From the NCBI GenBank assembly GCA_964486045.1, contig CAZALK010000019.1:28976-92975 (forward strand): a stretch of 64,000 nucleotides of DNA, given 5' to 3'. Origin of the DNA: an uncultured archaeon (GTDB lineage Archaea; Asgardarchaeota; Lokiarchaeia; Sigyniarchaeales; SOKP01). Below are positions 10,260-20,007 of this stretch, piece by piece. How positions within the stretch are numbered: position 1 is the stretch's first letter; each line of letters starts with the position of its first letter. Below the pieces are notes generated by a model. That model made no database searches, was not told the origin of the DNA, and saw nothing but the letters and a program-made list of their open reading frames with translations. The position numbers and the translations under genes are program-made.

Positions 10260-10685
10260 TTAGTCATATCTCCTGTACGTTGCCAATAACCAAACGAAGC
10301 CGGCTAGTCCGACAACTGTTGCCACTACTGTAATGTAATTTGGCCAATATGACCAAAATGTAGAATCAGAAGCTGATCCAATCACTGCAGTGATACCTGC
10401 TGCTGCCATTATGCTTAAAACTACTAAGCCCATTCCCAATGCATATTCTTCTTCTCTGAACAAACCAATACCCGCTACTAGACACCAAAATCCTAACAGA
10501 ATTGAAATTATCCCTTGAGTACCAAAAATAGAGAGCGCTTCATCACCTGGATTCAACCATGTTGGAAGTAAAATACCTGCCCAAGCTAATAGTTCCGTAA
10601 CAGCTTTCAGAATAAACAGTAGGCCAATGATAATCATTAAAAAATTTAATAATTCATTTGAATCTTTTTTTTCTTTATCATTCAT
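10260..10685 (-). CDS. Small 4-TM membrane protein
   Basis: Four hydrophobic segments in 141 aa. Confidence 0.8.
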   Translation of the reverse strand: MNDKEKKDSNELLNFLMIIIGLLFILKAVTELLAWAGILLPTWLNPGDEALSIFGTQGIISILLGFWCLVAGIGLFREEEYALGMGLVVLSIMAAAGITAVIGSASDSTFWSYWPNYITVVATVVGLAGFVWLLATYRRYD

Positions 10686-10840
10686 AATAAATTCAACTTT
10701 TATTGTTTATAGAAATTCAAAGTCAAAGATAAAAACAGATCCCTTTCATATAAATTTAATGAGTATGGGATCATAATCCCTCTCTATCAACTTTCAGAAT
10801 TTTAAATGATAATAAAGATAATACTAATATCTTTTTTTTA

Positions 10841-11875
10841 ATGATCTATAATAAAATTACCTTAATTTTTTGCAATAAAAGTGGATGTATGAAAGATTTA
10901 TTGATTTTAGAGAAGATTAAACACAATTTTCTTAATAGAGGTTTGAATAAGGAAAAAGCTGCTGACCTATTAATTTCCTTAATAGAAGGTAGTGATAATA
11001 CAAAAACTCGAGTATACAGTATCAAAACTTTAGAAATGATCGGCTTTCGAACGAAAAAAATCTTTAACACCCTCGAAAACTATTTAATATCTGATCAAGA
11101 TGCATCTTTAAGGGCTGCTGCTGCTGAATATATAATTCTTAATTATTTGGAAGAAGGTATAACCCCATTAAACTGGGTTATTCAACATGATAAGTCTCCT
11201 TTAGTTTTAAAAATATTTTATGACTTTGAAAGTAAATTTGATGAGGGAAATTTCGGTCTAATTTCAGAAGAATTACGTTTAAGAAATAAAGAATTTGCTT
11301 CGGGTTTAGGTATCTCTCATGAAGAATCAAGGTTTTTCTTAGATTTAGAAGCATTATTTGCTGAAGATAAGGGAGATTATGAGTTGGATCCAGAAAGCTA
11401 TAAAAACTTCCAAAATTTAGCTGATTTTAAAGGAGGTGAACCTTGGCTTATAATAAACAATAAACACGTTGAATTTCTGAATTTTAATTATTACAAGTGG
11501 AAATTTGTCAAAGATAATCTCGATCTCGTATTTTCTCTTTCAAAATTAATTGACCTTGATTTTTATATCAATTCACTTAAGAAATATAGTTATCAATATC
11601 TCATGATATCTACAATCCCTGAATCAATTGGGTCTCTTAATTATTTAAAAAAGCTAATACTACGAAAAAATGGTCTTGAGAAGATTCCATTTTCAATTAA
11701 AAACCTCTCCCTTCTTAAAGAATTAGATTTGAGTTATAATGAACTTGAAGAAATCCCCCAATTCATAAAAAAAATTAACTCACTAGAGAAATTAAATGTT
11801 AAACATAATAAGATCCGAAATATCCCTGATTCTTTGCGAGGATTTCTAAATTCACTAGAGAATTTCTCTTATTGA
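10841..11875 (+). CDS. HEAT + leucine-rich repeat protein
   Basis: LISDQDASLRAAAAE HEAT; C-terminal IPESIGSLNYLKKLILRKNGLEKIP-type LRRs (3-4 repeats); start may be the later ATG (MKDLL). Confidence 0.9.
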   Translation: MIYNKITLIFCNKSGCMKDLLILEKIKHNFLNRGLNKEKAADLLISLIEGSDNTKTRVYSIKTLEMIGFRTKKIFNTLENYLISDQDASLRAAAAEYIILNYLEEGITPLNWVIQHDKSPLVLKIFYDFESKFDEGNFGLISEELRLRNKEFASGLGISHEESRFFLDLEALFAEDKGDYELDPESYKNFQNLADFKGGEPWLIINNKHVEFLNFNYYKWKFVKDNLDLVFSLSKLIDLDFYINSLKKYSYQYLMISTIPESIGSLNYLKKLILRKNGLEKIPFSIKNLSLLKELDLSYNELEEIPQFIKKINSLEKLNVKHNKIRNIPDSLRGFLNSLENFSY

Positions 11876-12014
11876 TTATATAAAATACTATTACTTTTTA
11901 TTGAATTAGTTCTTATCTCATTCAATAAAACCTAGATTTTGTTTTGATATGAGAGCAAATAGTTACCTAAATCTAAAAATCAAGATTAATTCATACTCAA
12001 TATATTATTAAATT

Positions 12015-13685
12015 GTGATTATTATGGTAGATGTTAAAAAAATTAGTGGTGGCGAGATTGTAACTAAGTGCCTATTAGAAGAAAACGTTAAATATATATT
12101 TGGGATTGTCGGGGGTCAGCTCTTAACAATTTATGATGCTATTTATCGGTGGGGTCGTGAAAAAGGAATTAACACCGTTATGTTTCGACATGAACAAGCT
12201 GCAGCACATGCAGCCGATGCGTGGGCTAGGGTTACTAATACACCAGGAGTGTGCATGGGAACAGTTGGTCCTGGAGCGATGCACTTAGTTCCAGGTGTGG
12301 GGGCTGCTTGGGCCGATAATATCCCTGTAATTGCAATAGTGGCCCAAATACATAGTCGAGATTATGATAGATTCATGTACCAGTCAGGATTAGACCAAAC
12401 AACAATGTTTAAGCCTATTACTAAATACCAAAAAACTGTCCGTAAGATACAAGAAATACCTGATGCGGTCCGTAAAGCTTTTCGAGAAGCCACTGGAGGA
12501 CGTCCTGGCCCCGTCTTATTAGAACTGCAAGAAGATGCATTAATTGGAGAAATTGAAGAAGAAAAGGTCTCAATTCTTACTAAATATCAATACCGGGCAG
12601 TTGGAAAGCCAGCAGTTGATAATCAATTAATAAAGGATTCTCTCAACTTACTGTTAAACGCGAAAAATCCTTTAATTATCTCAGGTGGAGGAGTTGCTCG
12701 GGCTGAAGCAGAGAAGGAGATACAAGAATTTGCAGAGTATTTGCAAATCCCTGTAATAACTACTTTAATGGGAATTGGTACAATCTCAAATCAATCAAAA
12801 TGTCATTTAGGAATATCGATAGGAGCTCAGATGACAATGGGACGTGAAGCTGATGTGGTTTTAAGTCTCGGTAATAAGTTTTCTTTTGTATTGGGACACG
12901 GTGCAGAGCCCGTATGGAAGGATTCACAAAAATTAATACAAGTTGATATCGATCCTGGCATGATTGGGCGAAATAAACCTGTTTCCTTAGGAATTGTGGC
13001 TGATTGCAAATCATTTTTAACTCAAATTCTTAATGAAGTAAAAAATACGGAGAGAATCGAGACAAGAGAATGGTTAGAAAATCTCATTAACTCAAAAAAG
13101 CAAAATGAAATGGCAATGAAGAAAGTAGCATCAAGTGATCGCATACCTATCACCCCAGAAAGGATGGTAAAAGAAGTGTTGGAGTTTATTGATGAAGATG
13201 CAATAGTAATAATAGATGGTGGGAACATCTCCGGGAAAGCTTATGCACAACTTCATTTATATAAAGATAGGAAACCTTTATCGACGCTTCAAGCAATAGG
13301 TATGGGGCACCTAGGAACTTCAGTGCCTTATGGTATCGGTGCTAAACTGGCAAAACCAGAAAAACAAGTGATATCCATTTCGGGGGATGGTAGTTTTATG
13401 ATAAATATACAAGATTTAGAAACAGCAGCTCGTTTGGGCCTAAAAAACTTGATCTTTATAGTAGCTAACAACAACGCATGGGGTATGATTAAGACAGCGC
13501 AGCAATTTATGTATGAAAAGCGATATATAGATGTAGACCTCCCTGAGTTTGATTATGGTAAATGTGCTGAGTCATTTGGATGTTATGGTGAATCTGTATC
13601 TGATCCCAATGAATTAAAAAATGCTCTTGAACGTGCTAAAAATTCTAACAAACCAGCAGTCATTGATGTAAAAACTGAATATTAA
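12015..13685 (+). CDS. TPP-dependent enzyme (ALS / ILVBL-HACL-like), copy 1; C-terminus shorter than its paralogues
   Basis: RHEQAAAHAADAWAR, GPG, GDGSF..NNNAWGM TPP motif. Confidence 0.92.
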   Translation: MIIMVDVKKISGGEIVTKCLLEENVKYIFGIVGGQLLTIYDAIYRWGREKGINTVMFRHEQAAAHAADAWARVTNTPGVCMGTVGPGAMHLVPGVGAAWADNIPVIAIVAQIHSRDYDRFMYQSGLDQTTMFKPITKYQKTVRKIQEIPDAVRKAFREATGGRPGPVLLELQEDALIGEIEEEKVSILTKYQYRAVGKPAVDNQLIKDSLNLLLNAKNPLIISGGGVARAEAEKEIQEFAEYLQIPVITTLMGIGTISNQSKCHLGISIGAQMTMGREADVVLSLGNKFSFVLGHGAEPVWKDSQKLIQVDIDPGMIGRNKPVSLGIVADCKSFLTQILNEVKNTERIETREWLENLINSKKQNEMAMKKVASSDRIPITPERMVKEVLEFIDEDAIVIIDGGNISGKAYAQLHLYKDRKPLSTLQAIGMGHLGTSVPYGIGAKLAKPEKQVISISGDGSFMINIQDLETAARLGLKNLIFIVANNNAWGMIKTAQQFMYEKRYIDVDLPEFDYGKCAESFGCYGESVSDPNELKNALERAKNSNKPAVIDVKTEY

Positions 13686-13901
13686 TTATTTGGTATAATA
13701 TCAAATATCTGGTTACACCTTACAAATTTAATAGTTTTTATGAATTTTTTTTTCTTCTATTTCTGCTAAAATCTGTTAATCAATGTTTTATGCATTTCCA
13801 TTCAATTCTGGAAAATCATAATTTTTTAATTACTTGTCGATTAGTTAATTATATAAATCTTAAAATGAAGATTAATATCAAATTCGTTATCCTTTTAAGT
13901 T

Positions 13902-15623
13902 GTGACTAAAATGTCTGGTAAAAAAATTTCTGGTGGGGATGTACTAATCAAGTGTCTTGTAGAAGAAGATGTTAAATATATGTTTGGCATTCCAGGAGGA
14001 CAATTATTAACCATGTATGATGCAATCTATCGGTGGGGGAGAGAGAAAGGAATTGATACAGTCATGTTCCGTCACGAACAAGCAGCAGCACATGCGGCTG
14101 ACGCCTGGGCAAGAGTAACAAACAAGCCTGGTGTATGTTTTGGAACGGTTGGTCCAGGGGCGGCACATCTCGTCCCTGGGGTTACAGCAGCATGGGCCGA
14201 TAATATCCCTGTTGTATCAATAGTACCTCAAGTTGATATTGCGTTAGAAGATACTTTTACATTGCAAGGGAATTTAGATCAAGTTTCATTATTTAAACCT
14301 ATTACAAAATATCAAACAAGCGTAAGAGAATTAAAAAAAATTCCAGATGCAGTTCAAAAAATATTTCGAGAAGCAACGGGAGGACGACCGCAACCAGTAT
14401 TGTTAGAAATCTTTCCAGATGCTCTCGTTGAGCAAATTAATGAAGAGGAAATCCCAATTCTAAAGAAAGAGCAATATAGAGCTTTTAACAAACCTGCTAT
14501 TAGTAAAGAACTAATCAGCAAATCATTACACATGCTAAAAAACGCCAAAAAACCATTAATTGTTTCTGGTGGGGGTGTAATGAGGGCAGAGGGTTGGGAT
14601 GAATTAAAAGAATTCGCAGAATATTTACAGATCCCTGTTATGACTACAATCATGGGAATTGGTACAATGGAATTTTCTTCAAATTGTTATCTTGGAGCAG
14701 CAATGAGTAGTACAATTTTTCAGGCAACTAGTCAAGCTGATATGGTTTTGGCTCTAGGTTGTAAATTTGGGTTTTCTTTGGGTCATGGAAGGGCTCCAAC
14801 TTGGCCTAAAAACCAAAAGATGATACAGGTTGATATCGATCCTGGGATAATTGGCTTCTCTAAACCAATTACCTTAGGCATTCAAGGAGATTGTAAAATG
14901 TTTCTAAAACAAATTCTTGAGGAAGCGAAGAAGACAAATAATATTGATAAACGAGAATGGTGTGATTCTCTTAGTGAAAAAAGGAAAAGCGTGAATGAAT
15001 CGAAGATGAGAGTAGCATCAACTGATGAAATACCAATAGATTCCCAAAGAATGATTAAAGAAGTATTTCAATTTATGGATGAAGATGCTATTTTAGTTAT
15101 CGACGCGGGGAATACGGCATTTTTTGCTCTAGAACAAATAGATTTCTACAAACCCAGAAAACCTCTCTCATCACTTCAAGCCATTGGTATGGGACACCTT
15201 GGTGTATCTGTACCCTATGGTATTGCAGCAAAGTTGGCAAAACCTGAAAAACAGGTAATTTCAATTTCAGGTGATGGGGCTTTTATGATGAATATACAAG
15301 ATTTAGAAACTGCTGTTAGACTTGGTTTGAAAGACTTAATATATGTTATTGGAAATAACAGTGCATGGGGGATGATTAAAGTCGGGCAAGAATTTGGGTA
15401 CCAAAAGCGTTTCATAGATACAGATTTTCCAGATTTTGATTTCGCAAAGTGTGCAGAAGGTTTTGGGTGTTTCGGGGAAACTATTACAGATCCAAATCAA
15501 CTTAAACCTGCTCTTGAACGGGCAAGAAGTTCAAATAGACCAGCAGTGTTGGATGTTAAAATAAAATACTCTACGCCTGATATTCTAATGTTAATGTTTA
15601 CATTGGGTATTTATTTTAGATAA
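13902..15623 (+). CDS. TPP-dependent enzyme (ALS / ILVBL-HACL-like), copy 2
   Basis: RHEQ, GDGAF..NNSAWGM. Confidence 0.92.
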   Translation: MTKMSGKKISGGDVLIKCLVEEDVKYMFGIPGGQLLTMYDAIYRWGREKGIDTVMFRHEQAAAHAADAWARVTNKPGVCFGTVGPGAAHLVPGVTAAWADNIPVVSIVPQVDIALEDTFTLQGNLDQVSLFKPITKYQTSVRELKKIPDAVQKIFREATGGRPQPVLLEIFPDALVEQINEEEIPILKKEQYRAFNKPAISKELISKSLHMLKNAKKPLIVSGGGVMRAEGWDELKEFAEYLQIPVMTTIMGIGTMEFSSNCYLGAAMSSTIFQATSQADMVLALGCKFGFSLGHGRAPTWPKNQKMIQVDIDPGIIGFSKPITLGIQGDCKMFLKQILEEAKKTNNIDKREWCDSLSEKRKSVNESKMRVASTDEIPIDSQRMIKEVFQFMDEDAILVIDAGNTAFFALEQIDFYKPRKPLSSLQAIGMGHLGVSVPYGIAAKLAKPEKQVISISGDGAFMMNIQDLETAVRLGLKDLIYVIGNNSAWGMIKVGQEFGYQKRFIDTDFPDFDFAKCAEGFGCFGETITDPNQLKPALERARSSNRPAVLDVKIKYSTPDILMLMFTLGIYFR

Positions 15624-15667
15624 CTAGTTAAAAGGAAAAGGTAAAATAATAACAAATATCAAATCAT

Positions 15668-17392
15668 TTGGTGAAAAATTTGGCAGAAGAAAAGAAGATG
15701 ATAAATGGGGGGGACGTATTAATAAAATGTCTCCTTCAAGAAAATGTTAAATATATGTTTGGTATACCAGGTGGACAATTTCTTAATATGTATGATGCTA
15801 TATATAAATGGGGTAGAGAAAGCGGCATAAACACTGTATTATTTAGACATGAAGCATCTGCGGCTCATGCAGCTGATGCTTGGGCAAGAGTAACAAATAC
15901 TCCGGGAATTTGTTTTGGAACAGTAGGCCCGGGTGCTTTAAACTTAATGGCAGGTGTGGGCGCAGCATGGGCAGATAATATTCCCGTAATTGCGATTGTA
16001 TCACAAGTAAACTCGAAATTTCAGGATTCATTTACATTACAGGGAAACTTGGATCAAATTACTCTCTTCAAACCTATAACAAAGTATCAGAAAACCGTTC
16101 GGAGATTAGAGGTAATTCCCGATGCAGTTCATCAGGTGTTTAGAGAAGCTACAGGCAACCGCCATCAACCAGTCTTACTGGAAATATTTGAAGATGCCTT
16201 TCTTGAAGAAATTGAAGAAGAAAGATTGGAAATTCTTGAAGTTGAGAGATATCGTGCTATTACAAATCCAAGTATAAGTAGTGACTTAATAACAAAGACC
16301 TTAGATCTCTTGGCTAACGCAAAAAAACCCGTGATTATTTCCGGAGGTGGAATTGCACGAGCAGAAGCATGGAATGAGTTAAAAGAATTTGCAGAATATA
16401 TGCAGATTCCTGTAATTACATCTGTGATGGGTATTGGAACACTTACAAATAAATCAAAATGTTTAATAGGTGCTTCAGTAGCAGGTCCTTCCTTAAGAGT
16501 AGCACCAGAAGCCGATGTTATATTAGCTCTTGGATGCAAGTTTTCATTTACCTTAGCTCATGGAGAAGAACCCTTTTGGAAAAACACTCAACAACTAATT
16601 CAGGTGGACATTGATTCTTCAATAATAGGTAGAGCTAAACCGCTTACTTTAGGGATTGTTGGTGATGCAAAACAGTTTTTAATTCAAAGTATTGAAGAAG
16701 TAAAAAAAATCGATAAAGTAGAAAGAAGGGAATGGTTGGAAGAACTTGTGATAGTACGACGAAAAACTCAAGAAAAAATGAACAAAAAGATTATGAAAGA
16801 TAAAACTCCAATTATCCCCAAAAGACTGATAAAAGAAATATTGGAAACAATTGAAGAAGATGGTATACTTATTATAGATGGTGGAGATATTTCAACAAGT
16901 ACGGTTGAACAAGTTGATTTCTATAAAGACAGATCACCTTTATCGACTCTTGTAGCTGTTGGTATGGGGCAATTAGGCACCGCAATTCCCTATGGAATCG
17001 GGGCTAAATTGGCGAAACCGGACAAACAAGTAGTAGCTATAGCAGGTGATGGTGCCTTTTTGATTAATGTTCAAGATTTAGAAACAGCTTCAAGATTAGG
17101 CTTAAAAGATCTCATCTATGTAGTAGCAAATAATAGTGCTTGGGGTATGATCAAATCTGGTCAAAATATTTTCATGGGTAAGAGGCATATTGATGTTGAT
17201 CTCCCCGAGTTTAATTATGCTAAGTGTGCGGAAAGTTTTGGTTGCTACGGAGAGGTTGTTACTGATCCTAATGAAATCAAACCTGCTTTTGAAAGAGCCA
17301 AAAATTCTGGAAAACCAGCAGTTTTAGATGTTAAAATTGCCTTTGATACACCTGATTCCACTAAATTGATGGCAAGTATGGGGATTCTATAA
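15668..17392 (+). CDS. TPP-dependent enzyme (ALS / ILVBL-HACL-like), copy 3
   Basis: RHEA, GDGAF..NNSAWGM. Confidence 0.92.
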   Translation: MVKNLAEEKKMINGGDVLIKCLLQENVKYMFGIPGGQFLNMYDAIYKWGRESGINTVLFRHEASAAHAADAWARVTNTPGICFGTVGPGALNLMAGVGAAWADNIPVIAIVSQVNSKFQDSFTLQGNLDQITLFKPITKYQKTVRRLEVIPDAVHQVFREATGNRHQPVLLEIFEDAFLEEIEEERLEILEVERYRAITNPSISSDLITKTLDLLANAKKPVIISGGGIARAEAWNELKEFAEYMQIPVITSVMGIGTLTNKSKCLIGASVAGPSLRVAPEADVILALGCKFSFTLAHGEEPFWKNTQQLIQVDIDSSIIGRAKPLTLGIVGDAKQFLIQSIEEVKKIDKVERREWLEELVIVRRKTQEKMNKKIMKDKTPIIPKRLIKEILETIEEDGILIIDGGDISTSTVEQVDFYKDRSPLSTLVAVGMGQLGTAIPYGIGAKLAKPDKQVVAIAGDGAFLINVQDLETASRLGLKDLIYVVANNSAWGMIKSGQNIFMGKRHIDVDLPEFNYAKCAESFGCYGEVVTDPNEIKPAFERAKNSGKPAVLDVKIAFDTPDSTKLMASMGIL

Positions 17393-17411
17393 CATAATTT
17401 CATTTATTTTC

Positions 17412-17437
17412 ATCCTTACCTTAATCCTTACCTTAAT
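17412..17437. repeat. Tandem 12-bp repeat (ATCCTTACCTTA x2)
   Basis: atccttacctta atccttacctta at. Confidence 0.8.
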
Positions 17438-17457
17438 ATTAATCGAAGTATCTTAAT

Positions 17458-17615
17458 ATGAAAGGAGTAATATTTGAGAGAAAACGCAAGATTTCAATTG
17501 AGGATGAGTTAATTAAACCAAAAATCTTATAGGAATGAATAAAGTGCTTCAAATATTTGAAAAATTAGCCAATCCTCTGCATAGTGAATTAAAATTGATA
17601 GTTGATTTGAATAAA
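17458..17615 (+). pseudogene. Relic of a Zn-dependent (MDR) alcohol dehydrogenase: N- and C-termini only
   Basis: MKGVIFERKRKISIEDELIKPKIL* (17458-17532), then MNKVLQIFEKLANPLHSELKLIVDL from 17535; these resemble the start and end of MDR enzymes. Confidence 0.5.
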
Positions 17616-17722
17616 CACGTAATTTTCTTTTTTTTTACAATTTTTTGATAAAATTATTTTAAGTATTGAATTAAATACTAAGTATAATTCAAATGTGATA
17701 TTAATAACAAAGAGATTTTTCC

Positions 17723-19003
17723 ATGGTAAAGATGAAAGGACAAGTTCAATGTATAAATGACGAAATTTTGGAAAAGATGAATTTAAAAAATCGGTATAGT
17801 TTTCTGAATAACAATTTAATGAGTATTTTAAAACCAGAGCACTTTAAATTTTTAAAACAAACTCAGAAATTTTTTCTTCGTTTTGAGGAAAAAAATAACA
17901 TTACTCATAATGAAGATTTTTACTCTTGGATTCCTGAAATTGGAAGGGAAGGATTGGTTACAAGGATGAGTAGCTTTAAGGAATTAGGATTAAATTATGA
18001 ACAATACGGAATGACAACAGAATTCATGAGATGCCTTGCAATTGATTTTTTTGATCCTCAATTAGCAATGGGAATTGGGGCGAATGTTTTATGTGTGAAT
18101 CCTCTGGTGGCTCATCATGAAAATGTAGAAGAACGATTGAATGCACTTAGAGAATTGGTGACTGGAGAGAAAATTGGGTGTATCTGCATTACTGAGCCTG
18201 AACGAGGTTCGGATGCGGTCCATATGTTAACAACCTGCAAGGAAAATACGGATGGCAGTTTTATTGTGAATGGAGAAAAAATATATCAAACGAACGGGGC
18301 GAAAGCTGATTTAGCGGTAGTATACGCAGTTTCAGAGGAAAACAATGGAAATACAATGGCTCAATTTTTAGTCGATACTTCCTGGGAAGGATGGAGTGTT
18401 GAAAGATTAAATATCCCTTGGACTCCCAGAGTATATATCGGAAAGGAAACGTTCAAGAACTTAAGAGTCCCGGCCGAATATGTATTAGGGAAACCAGGTC
18501 GAGGAAGAGACCATCTTTTTGAAGGTTTGAACTTGGAAAGATTAGGGATTGTACTCCTCAACGTATCAGAGGCATGGAATGCCATTTCTCATGCTGTTAT
18601 ATATACAAATATGAGAAAACAATTTGACAAAGAAATACTAAAATATCAAGGAGTCGGTTTTCCTTTAGCAGATATGTGGGCAAAAACGATGAGTCTCACC
18701 TTAGCAGCGTTACATATTTGTCAAATTATTGATGAGAAAATTGAACAATTCGGGACACTTCCACGAAATATTAATTTAGCTCTTGTAACAACTGCCTCAC
18801 AATTAAAATCTCAGAGTGCTAAATTAACAGAGCGAGTTTGTTATGGGTGCGCAGATCTGATGGGGGGTGCTGGATTATGTGACAATACCTTAATGAGTGA
18901 CTTACTTGGTATTTCTAGAATCCACCAAGTTGGTGGAGGAACTTCCCAAATTCAGAATCATATTATGAGTCTTGCTTTACGACAATTATTTAAACTTTTA
19001 TAA
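17723..19003 (+). CDS. Acyl-CoA dehydrogenase
   Basis: CITEPERGSD, VNGEKIYQTNG, RKQFDKEI..YQGV, MGGAG, GGGTSQIQ. Confidence 0.93.
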   Translation: MVKMKGQVQCINDEILEKMNLKNRYSFLNNNLMSILKPEHFKFLKQTQKFFLRFEEKNNITHNEDFYSWIPEIGREGLVTRMSSFKELGLNYEQYGMTTEFMRCLAIDFFDPQLAMGIGANVLCVNPLVAHHENVEERLNALRELVTGEKIGCICITEPERGSDAVHMLTTCKENTDGSFIVNGEKIYQTNGAKADLAVVYAVSEENNGNTMAQFLVDTSWEGWSVERLNIPWTPRVYIGKETFKNLRVPAEYVLGKPGRGRDHLFEGLNLERLGIVLLNVSEAWNAISHAVIYTNMRKQFDKEILKYQGVGFPLADMWAKTMSLTLAALHICQIIDEKIEQFGTLPRNINLALVTTASQLKSQSAKLTERVCYGCADLMGGAGLCDNTLMSDLLGISRIHQVGGGTSQIQNHIMSLALRQLFKLL

Positions 19004-19054
19004 TGCAATTTTTAATGGATTTACATGAATAATAGATAAGAAAGGTGTAATAAT

Positions 19055-19876
19055 ATGGAAATAGAAGATTTAACTGAAGTTATATATGAAAAAGAGGAAA
19101 ATGGAATTTGCACCCTTACATTTAATATTCCTAAAAGGAGAAATGCGATGTCTGTAGTTACCTTTCTTGAAATTGAAACTGTACTTGATGATATGGAGAA
19201 AGACGAAAATGCACTGGTGTTAATAATTACTGGATGTAAAGAAGCAAATGCTTTTTCATCTGGTGGATATTTTAATATGAAATACATAACATCGGTCTCT
19301 CCTGAAATTATGAAGGATGTTGATTTAATGGATATCGCCCAAAAAAGGACATGTATGAAATTTTGGAATTTTAAGAAGCCTGTAATCGCAGCAATTAATG
19401 GTTTAGCTGTGGGTATAGGTATTACAATGCCATTGATAGGAGCAGATTTAATATATATGGCTGAGGATGCATGGATTGGTTTCTATTTCATCAAACGAGC
19501 TGTTATTCCAGAATTTAGTTCTTCTTTTGTATTACCTTTTTTGGTAGGATTTCATAAAGCTAAGGAACTAATGTATTTTGGAGATAAAGTCACTGCTCAT
19601 GAAGCAGAAAAATTGGGATTAGTAAACAAGGTTCTACCTTCAGATGAATTAATACCTTATGTTAGAAAACAAGCTTTAAGATTGATCCCTCCCAACAGTC
19701 CTAGTTTATCACTAACTAAAATTAAACAAATTATGCATAGTAATTTTAAATCTATTGCCTCAAAAACCTTAGATTTGGAAAATCAAGCGCTTAGGGAGTT
19801 ATTTGAAACTCATGATTTTCGTGCAGCAACACAATCACTTATCACCAAAAAGGATCCCATTTTCAAAGGAAAGTAA
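19055..19876 (+). CDS. Enoyl-CoA hydratase/isomerase (crotonase)
   Basis: AFSSGG, KPVIAAINGLAVGIG, AEKLGLVNKV. Confidence 0.93.
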   Translation: MEIEDLTEVIYEKEENGICTLTFNIPKRRNAMSVVTFLEIETVLDDMEKDENALVLIITGCKEANAFSSGGYFNMKYITSVSPEIMKDVDLMDIAQKRTCMKFWNFKKPVIAAINGLAVGIGITMPLIGADLIYMAEDAWIGFYFIKRAVIPEFSSSFVLPFLVGFHKAKELMYFGDKVTAHEAEKLGLVNKVLPSDELIPYVRKQALRLIPPNSPSLSLTKIKQIMHSNFKSIASKTLDLENQALRELFETHDFRAATQSLITKKDPIFKGK

Positions 19877-20007
19877 ATCAACTCATTTTTGAAAGGTTTA
19901 AACTATTATTTATATTTCATCGAAACTCTTATTAAATGTGGTTGATTTTAATATTTTTATTTTAAAATGTTTATGAATTAGTATTAATTAAGGAGTAAAT
20001 CGATATT

